From the NCBI RefSeq assembly GCF_030525845.1, contig NZ_JAUNDY010000003.1, positions 72,552 to 136,551 of the forward strand: a stretch of DNA of 64,000 bases, read 5' to 3'. A program made the translations under genes and the position numbers. Of this stretch, positions 60,887 through 64,000 are shown piece by piece (the first letter of the stretch is position 1; the number at the start of each line of letters is the position of its first letter). The notes beneath the pieces are model-generated. The model searched no databases. It was not told where the DNA came from and worked only from the letters and a program-made list of their open reading frames with translations. This DNA is from Moraxella sp. (lineage in GTDB: Bacteria; Pseudomonadota; Gammaproteobacteria; Pseudomonadales; Moraxellaceae).

Positions 60887-61381
60887 ATGACTACTTTTAC
60901 CGAACAACGCACTGCCATCACTCACATTGAAGGAGCATTACACGACAACACCAACCTACGCATCGGCATTGCTGTTGGGCGATTTAATGGATTTTTGGTT
61001 GAAAGTTTGGTGGAGGGAGCGTTAGATGCCCTGCTTCGTCATGGCGTACAAGGCGAAAACATCACGGTCGTGCGCGTACCAGGTGCGTTCGAGCTTCCTC
61101 TGACCGCCAAACGCATGGCTGTCAGCGGTAATTATGATGCCATTGTCGTACTAGGAGCAATTATTCGTGGGGCGACACCCCATTTTGACATCGTAGCAAG
61201 CGAGAGTGCCAAAGGTTTATCGCACGTTGCATTACATCACGATATTCCTGTGATTAACGGCATTCTTACCACCGAAAACATCGAACAAACCATTGAGCGT
61301 GCTGGCACAAAGGCTGGCAACAAAGGCTTTGAAGCTGCCATGACCGCCATCGAGATGGTTAGCACCCTAAATGCCATCTGA
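60887..61381 (+). CDS. ribH: 6,7-dimethyl-8-ribityllumazine synthase
   Basis: 164 aa; '[13 protein letters not shown]' motif. Confidence 0.9.
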   Translation: MTTFTEQRTAITHIEGALHDNTNLRIGIAVGRFNGFLVESLVEGALDALLRHGVQGENITVVRVPGAFELPLTAKRMAVSGNYDAIVVLGAIIRGATPHFDIVASESAKGLSHVALHHDIPVINGILTTENIEQTIERAGTKAGNKGFEAAMTAIEMVSTLNAI

Positions 61382-61441
61382 TTGACGACTATTTTTTCCG
61401 TTGGGTGATGACCCCAGTGTAGTATTATTTTAAGGTAATTT

Positions 61442-61999
61442 ATGACAACTTCCACGCCCCAAAACGACAGCTTTGACATCAACGAAAGCACCTACAAAAC
61501 CAGCCATACCGCCGTCCGTAAGGCACGCCGTTTTGCTGTACAGGGGCTTTATGAGTGGCTGATGACTGATTATCGTTTTGCCACCCAAAATCGTGATTTG
61601 CTCGGTGGCAATGAACCTCACACCATCGTGGCTCGCACTCGCAGCGAAAACGCCATGCACACTGTACATTTGGGCTACTATCACGAACTCATGCGTGAAA
61701 TCCCTCTAAAATCTGGCGAACTCATCGTGGAGATTGCTCGTTATCTTGACCGCAGTTTTGATAAGTTGGACGTGATTGAGAAGGCGGTTTTACTGATTGG
61801 GGCGTACGAGCTCAAATACAGCAAACACATTCCCTATAAAGTGGTGCTGGACGAAGCCATGCAACTTAACACCCATTTTGGGGCGACTGACGCACATAAA
61901 TTCATTAATGCAGTGCTAGACAGGTACGCCAAAGAAGCTCGAACGGTAGAATACCAAGCCAATAAAGCCGAAAAACAAGCCAAGCAAGACCATCAATAA
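61442..61999 (+). CDS. nusB: Transcription antitermination factor NusB
   Basis: '[12 protein letters not shown]' motif; ribH-nusB-thiL order. Confidence 0.85.
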   Translation: MTTSTPQNDSFDINESTYKTSHTAVRKARRFAVQGLYEWLMTDYRFATQNRDLLGGNEPHTIVARTRSENAMHTVHLGYYHELMREIPLKSGELIVEIARYLDRSFDKLDVIEKAVLLIGAYELKYSKHIPYKVVLDEAMQLNTHFGATDAHKFINAVLDRYAKEARTVEYQANKAEKQAKQDHQ

Positions 62000-62003
62000 A
62001 ACT

Positions 62004-62030
62004 TAGGGCGATATTTCCGCCCTATTTTTA
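62004..62030 (+). terminator. Rho-independent terminator after nusB
   Basis: agggcg...cgccct stem plus TATTTTTA. Confidence 0.55.
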
Positions 62031-62047
62031 CAATCATTAAAATCAAT

Positions 62048-63013
62048 ATGTCCGAATTTTCTTTAATTCACCGTCATTTTAAGCACGCTACCCAAAAACA
62101 CATCAACACCACCTTAGGCATTGGCGATGATTGTGCGGTAAGTATCATTCCGCCCGATTGTGAATTGGTAAGCTGTATGGATACGCTGGTGGCGGGGCGA
62201 CATTTTCCGTTGGATACGCACCCTTATGCCATTGGCTATAAATCGGTGGCGGTCAACTTATCCGACATCGCCAGCATGGGGGCGACGCCTTATGCGATTC
62301 TATTGGGTTTGTCTTTACCCAGCAATGATGATGAGTGGCTAAAAGAATTTGCTCGGGGCATTGGCGACATTTGCAAAAAGTTTAATGTAGAGTTAATCGG
62401 TGGCGATACCACCAAATCAGACATTTTAACCATTTCCATTACCGCACTTGGATTTATCAAAAAAGATAAAAGCATAAAAAGAAATAATGCCAAAATCGGC
62501 GATATCATTTGTGTCAGTGGCAATATCGGCTCGGCAAGCTTGGCGTTAAAACATATTTTGGGCGAGCATGGACATTGCAAACATAATAATTCTTTAAATG
62601 AATTATCTCCCACTTTACGCAACGCTTTACAATATCCATTGCCACAAGTAGAATTGGGGCAAAAGCTAATAGGGTTTGCCACAAGTATGATTGATATTTC
62701 GGACGGCTTGGGGCAAGATTTGGGGCATATTTTAAATAATAGCCAAGTCGGAGCAAAGTTATATTTGGAAAATATTCCTTGTGCTGATGAAGTAAATGCC
62801 CTACCCTTTAATCAAAAATATCAGCATATTTTAAATGGCGGTGATGATTATCAGTTGTGCTTTACACTACCCCAAGAGAACTTTGATAAATTTAATCAGC
62901 AATATCCCAATTTAATTTATCCCATTGGGGAAATTGCAGAAAAGCAAGGCATAGAAATTTATTATCAAAATCAAAAAATTGATTTTAAGATGAAGGGGTG
63001 GGAGCATTTTTGA
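62048..63013 (+). CDS. thiL: Thiamine-monophosphate kinase
   Basis: 'LGIGDDCAV' AIR-synthase-related N-terminus; 321 aa. Confidence 0.85.
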   Translation: MSEFSLIHRHFKHATQKHINTTLGIGDDCAVSIIPPDCELVSCMDTLVAGRHFPLDTHPYAIGYKSVAVNLSDIASMGATPYAILLGLSLPSNDDEWLKEFARGIGDICKKFNVELIGGDTTKSDILTISITALGFIKKDKSIKRNNAKIGDIICVSGNIGSASLALKHILGEHGHCKHNNSLNELSPTLRNALQYPLPQVELGQKLIGFATSMIDISDGLGQDLGHILNNSQVGAKLYLENIPCADEVNALPFNQKYQHILNGGDDYQLCFTLPQENFDKFNQQYPNLIYPIGEIAEKQGIEIYYQNQKIDFKMKGWEHF

Positions 63014-63069
63014 TGAATGATACAATTTCTCCAATTTTATCGACAATCATCTAACAATAGGAATTATTT

Positions 63070-63783
63070 GTGAAAAAGTTCATATATTTCAATGCTCTAT
63101 ATATCACTGCATTACCAACCATTGCCTTTGCCAACACTGTCAATTTTAGCCAGTTTATCCCCAAAAAATTTAACTTATTAGAACATCATTGCCAAGCAGA
63201 TTTAAATAAAGATGATAAGAAAGATTGCGTCTTAATCATCAAAGATACCAAAAAATCTGGTTGGGTAAATGACCCTTTTAAAGGTATGATTGATAGAAAT
63301 CGGCGTGGTATCATTATTCTATTTAAAACGGATAATGGTTACCAAAAAATATTGGAAAATAAAACCTTATTTGCGTCCGAAAACGAAGATGGTGGCGTAT
63401 ATTTTACCCCAGAATTGTACATTGAAACCAAAAATAATAAATTATTGTTAAAGTATGGGCATGGGCGTTATGGGCATTGGTCTTATACCTTTGATTATCG
63501 TACGATTAATGGGAAGCAAGATTTTTATTTAATTGGTTACGATTTAAGTTCTAATATGGGACCCTATGTGAATTATACTTATAGCGTCAATTTTTTAACC
63601 CATAAATTTCGCCACCAAATGAATATAGACCAAGAACGAATTTCTGAAATTCCAAAACTTAAAACCACTTGGTATGATTTACCCAAACAGGATTTAATCA
63701 AACTTTCGCAAATTGCTGATTTGGACGAATTGGGCTATAATTTAGACAAACAACTTTATGAATTGAGTGATGATAATGAGTAA
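63070..63783 (+). CDS. Secreted hypothetical protein, low GC
   Basis: Signal peptide 'MKKFIYFNALYITALPTIAFA'; 237 aa; stop overlaps the pgpA start. Confidence 0.4.
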   Translation: MKKFIYFNALYITALPTIAFANTVNFSQFIPKKFNLLEHHCQADLNKDDKKDCVLIIKDTKKSGWVNDPFKGMIDRNRRGIIILFKTDNGYQKILENKTLFASENEDGGVYFTPELYIETKNNKLLLKYGHGRYGHWSYTFDYRTINGKQDFYLIGYDLSSNMGPYVNYTYSVNFLTHKFRHQMNIDQERISEIPKLKTTWYDLPKQDLIKLSQIADLDELGYNLDKQLYELSDDNE

Positions 63784-64000
63784 TCACAAACCCGACATTC
63801 GTAAATCCAACCCCTGTCCCCCTTGTCCAACTTCTGCTACCACTTGGGAAAAGTGTGTTTATTGGCTTGGCATTGGCTTAGGTTCAGGCTTACCAAAAAG
63901 AGCGGCAGGAACTTGGGGGACAGTGGGCGGATTGATTGTCGCTTTGCCGATGTTGTTATTGGGATTTTGGGGATTTTTAATTATCACGGTCATTGGCTGT
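63776..64000 (+). CDS. pgpA: Phosphatidylglycerophosphatase A (5' partial, runs off the window)
   Basis: 'VYWLGIGLGSGLPKRAAGTWGTVGGL' PgpA N-terminus. Confidence 0.75.
   Translation, partial: MSNHKPDIRKSNPCPPCPTSATTWEKCVYWLGIGLGSGLPKRAAGTWGTVGGLIVALPMLLLGFWGFLIITVIGC

Overview
This window reads as a Moraxellaceae-type gammaproteobacterial chromosome segment (Moraxella/Psychrobacter-like, roughly 40-45% GC). It is mostly core housekeeping genes, interrupted by several short AT-rich islets.

Core content in order:
- ychF, an NhaC-family permease, yebC and ilvA.
- A CopA-type Cu+ P-type ATPase, and a Na+-dependent NSS transporter with its MetS-like small subunit.
- The conserved envelope-biogenesis cluster pyrH-frr-uppS-cdsA-dxr-rseP-bamA-lpxD-fabZ-lpxA on the minus strand. 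Here it lacks skp and is split by three insertions.
- glnK-amtB, mscS, a TonB-family protein and tRNA-Ser(GGA), then topA, proS, queF, an ABC-2 exporter pair, cytochrome c, tRNA-Arg(CCG), gloA and a beta-carbonic anhydrase.
- An E. coli-like syntenic block (damX-like)-aroB-aroK-pilQPONM divergent from mrcA (PBP1a), then ribH-nusB-thiL-pgpA.

The most unusual locus lies at 35.2-40.6 kb, immediately upstream of topA. It has two adjacent minus-strand transcription units. Together they encode a Ras-like small GTPase (MglA/CvnD-like), a Roadblock/LC7 protein (MglB/CvnB-like) and a pseudo-receiver/Pro-Ser-Ala-linker protein. They also encode a membrane sensor kinase that has an Hpt (CheA-P1-like) domain and a HATPase_c domain but no DHp or CheW domain, plus a CheY-like receiver and a small membrane protein. 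This is a eukaryote-like GTPase module wired to phosphorelay components, and it is atypical for this lineage.

Other accessory content:
- Two VapC-type TA pairs.
- A low-GC HTH plus 4-TM protein islet between dxr and rseP.
- Orphan low-GC genes next to tRNA-Ser, between frr and uppS, and between thiL and pgpA.

No CRISPR array, IS element or integrase was seen. All calls rest on reading the ORF translations against remembered family motifs; no database search was possible.
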